A stretch of 64,000 nt of DNA from Paraphysomonas bandaiensis (lineage: Eukaryota > Protista > Chrysophyceae), in NCBI GenBank assembly GCA_965644295.1, contig CBFFRP010000146.1:310001-374000 (forward strand), in the 5' to 3' direction. Below the pieces are notes generated by a model. The model was not told the DNA's origin, ran no database searches, and saw only the letters and a program-made list of their open reading frames with translations. Position numbers and translations under genes: made by a program. Position 1 is the first letter of the stretch; each line of letters begins with the position of its first letter. Of the stretch, positions 62,324 through 64,000 are shown piece by piece.

Positions 62324-62735
62324 TAAGTGTCACTTGTGTAGACGTAGACGTCTTTGAGTCTTGACACTAATAACAGGTATCTGGGAATGAACCCACGTCG
62401 AGGGAATCCGGGGTATCGGGCTTTGAAGTAAGCAGATGTCATGTATATTATATATCAACATTCTGAGTGTAAATTGTTTTTGCTTTGAGTGATAGAGCAA
62501 AAGTAGTTGCAGCTTGCTGAAGCACAAGCAGCTTTCGTAGCGCGAAAATAGTAGTATATCAGAGATAAGCACTAGTTAGTTAAATTCTTTTGTTACATTA
62601 GTTCTTACTCTTACACACCTATTGCTAGTAATCAGAATTTCACTACAGGCTCACGTTAGTTTTTAAGAGAAAAATCTCCAGTACTTATCCCCAGAACACA
62701 ACGAAAAGGTGTGAGTCCGACTTTGTTGAGGGTGC
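62324..62735. mobile_element. Repeat S 3' half (+, 62324-62632) and 5' fragment (-, 62648-62735)
   Basis: taagtgtcacttgtgtagac...gcagctttcgtagcg...cctattgctagtaa, then ctcacgttag...ctttgttgagggtg. Confidence 0.8.
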
Positions 62736-63519
62736 TTGACTATAGATTTTGTAGTTTGATTACCCACCAACTGTTTAGACTTCGTTATCTTCATACTTAA
62801 GTCGTAGGAATACGTTCCACAGTGTACAACTACCAATGGTTCCATAGGTCCATAGGACACAATGCATTATCAAAACTGTTAAGAAACTGAAGTATCACTT
62901 CAGAAAGTAACTCACTCTTGTGCTAGGCAACAGTACGTATTTAAGTATATCATTTTTCTGCTATTGACTGGTTAATACATACAAAGCATGCACATGTTCA
63001 CAGCTTCCAAAAAAACACTAATTCTGGTTCAGATTAATGTATACTGTATAATTTACAAGGGCTTCTTAAGCTGTATGCTTAAACTGGTAAAATAACAACA
63101 TTGTCGTATCTGGTATCCATAGTTTCGAAAACATGCTTTATTTGATTAGAGCATAAGACAACGTATAAGCTGAAAAAAAATATTACTGTACTTATATTCC
63201 ACATACGCTCCGATTGGAACACTACCAGTCAAAAAAGAAGCAGCCCATATGGCGAAGGTGCAAAGGTGCGCGCTAGAATATTAAATATAGCTAAATGGGT
63301 TTGTGTGGGAAGGATAATGCCAAAGATTCATGACTGCAATGTCCCTGTCTCTAATATTCCGAACAGCATTTCGGTAATCTGTACTGCAGGAAACAATAAA
63401 TAGTCAAATCTCTCGGGTATGAATTTACATTGTGCTTAATAGTTAGTTTATTAATCTCTTGACACAGTGCAGTATGCTTGTGGTATCTACAAGCACGGCT
63501 AGCCTTAGTCTGCATATGG

Positions 63520-63830
63520 TTGGAGAATGGTCGAAGAGAAATCCTTCGCTTATTAGGGTCTATCTGCAGAGCCTGTTGTAATAACTCCTTCATGCTATAA
63601 TCAGTATTGAAGACGCTGTTGCAATATGAGGCTATGGACAGTGTATCTCTGTGTCTACCATATCAACCAGTATGTACAAATCTTCTTATAGTGACTATCG
63701 TATGTATGAGAAGAGATCTTATATTACCACATTCAGATTGCAGATATCTATCATATTATTGAGGGTTAGATGTTAGATGTATGATATACTGGAGTAGCTC
63801 TTAAGGGGCGGCATGCATAGTCCTCTACTC
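63520..63830 (-). pseudogene. Possible degenerate protein-kinase fragment
   Basis: The minus strand gives DICNLNVVI*DLF (subdomain IX-like) and ELLQQALQIDPNKR (subdomain XI-like), with stops. Confidence 0.35.
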
Positions 63831-64000
63831 GACAGTGCCGTGATCTTGTTTTCAGATATTAAGTATGGAAAATTCCGTATTTCATTACAGATTATTGTCA
63901 TAAAAGCAAATAAAATAGACATTTTTCATTCACATTCTATAATAATATGGATTTTTAGAGACAGTATATTATATACACTGCTGTACATGGAAATCTGATC

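Overview
Eukaryotic nuclear DNA from a compact genome with short GT-AG introns (mostly 43-60 bp). The standard code fits, and eRF1 has canonical motifs. A stramenopile or chrysophyte-like protist is my inference from gene style, not something proven here. Host genes: a partial RxWCxxE-domain/pseudo-USP fusion, a Rac-like GTPase, JMJD4, TTLL12, a DxD glycosyltransferase-like protein, LAMTOR3, PHF5A, organellar bL36, a membrane hybrid histidine kinase, an omega-like GST (ECM4/YqjG type), a multi-pass membrane protein, eRF1, a MORN protein and an AP2-like protein. The standout feature is a full-length 12.35-kb non-LTR retrotransposon (48253-60601) with a perfect 12-bp target-site duplication. Besides APE endonuclease, RT, RNase H and a CCHC knuckle, it encodes a SET lysine-methyltransferase domain in frame with the endonuclease (half of it upstream of the ORF-track start) and an ORF with three OTU-like cysteine-protease modules. 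The three ORFs are separated only by one in-frame TGA-C and one 43-nt -1 overlap, so a ~4,000-aa recoded polyprotein is possible. Every copy of this LINE family in the window lies in or against one ~600-bp dispersed repeat. That repeat shares the LINE's structured 3' tail (a GNRA hairpin with loop variation). Also present: a Tc1/pogo-like transposase with a duplicated 5' end, a 3.8-kb foldback palindrome just upstream of eRF1, a ~770-bp (TATG)n tract, a hAT non-autonomous element and a MITE.
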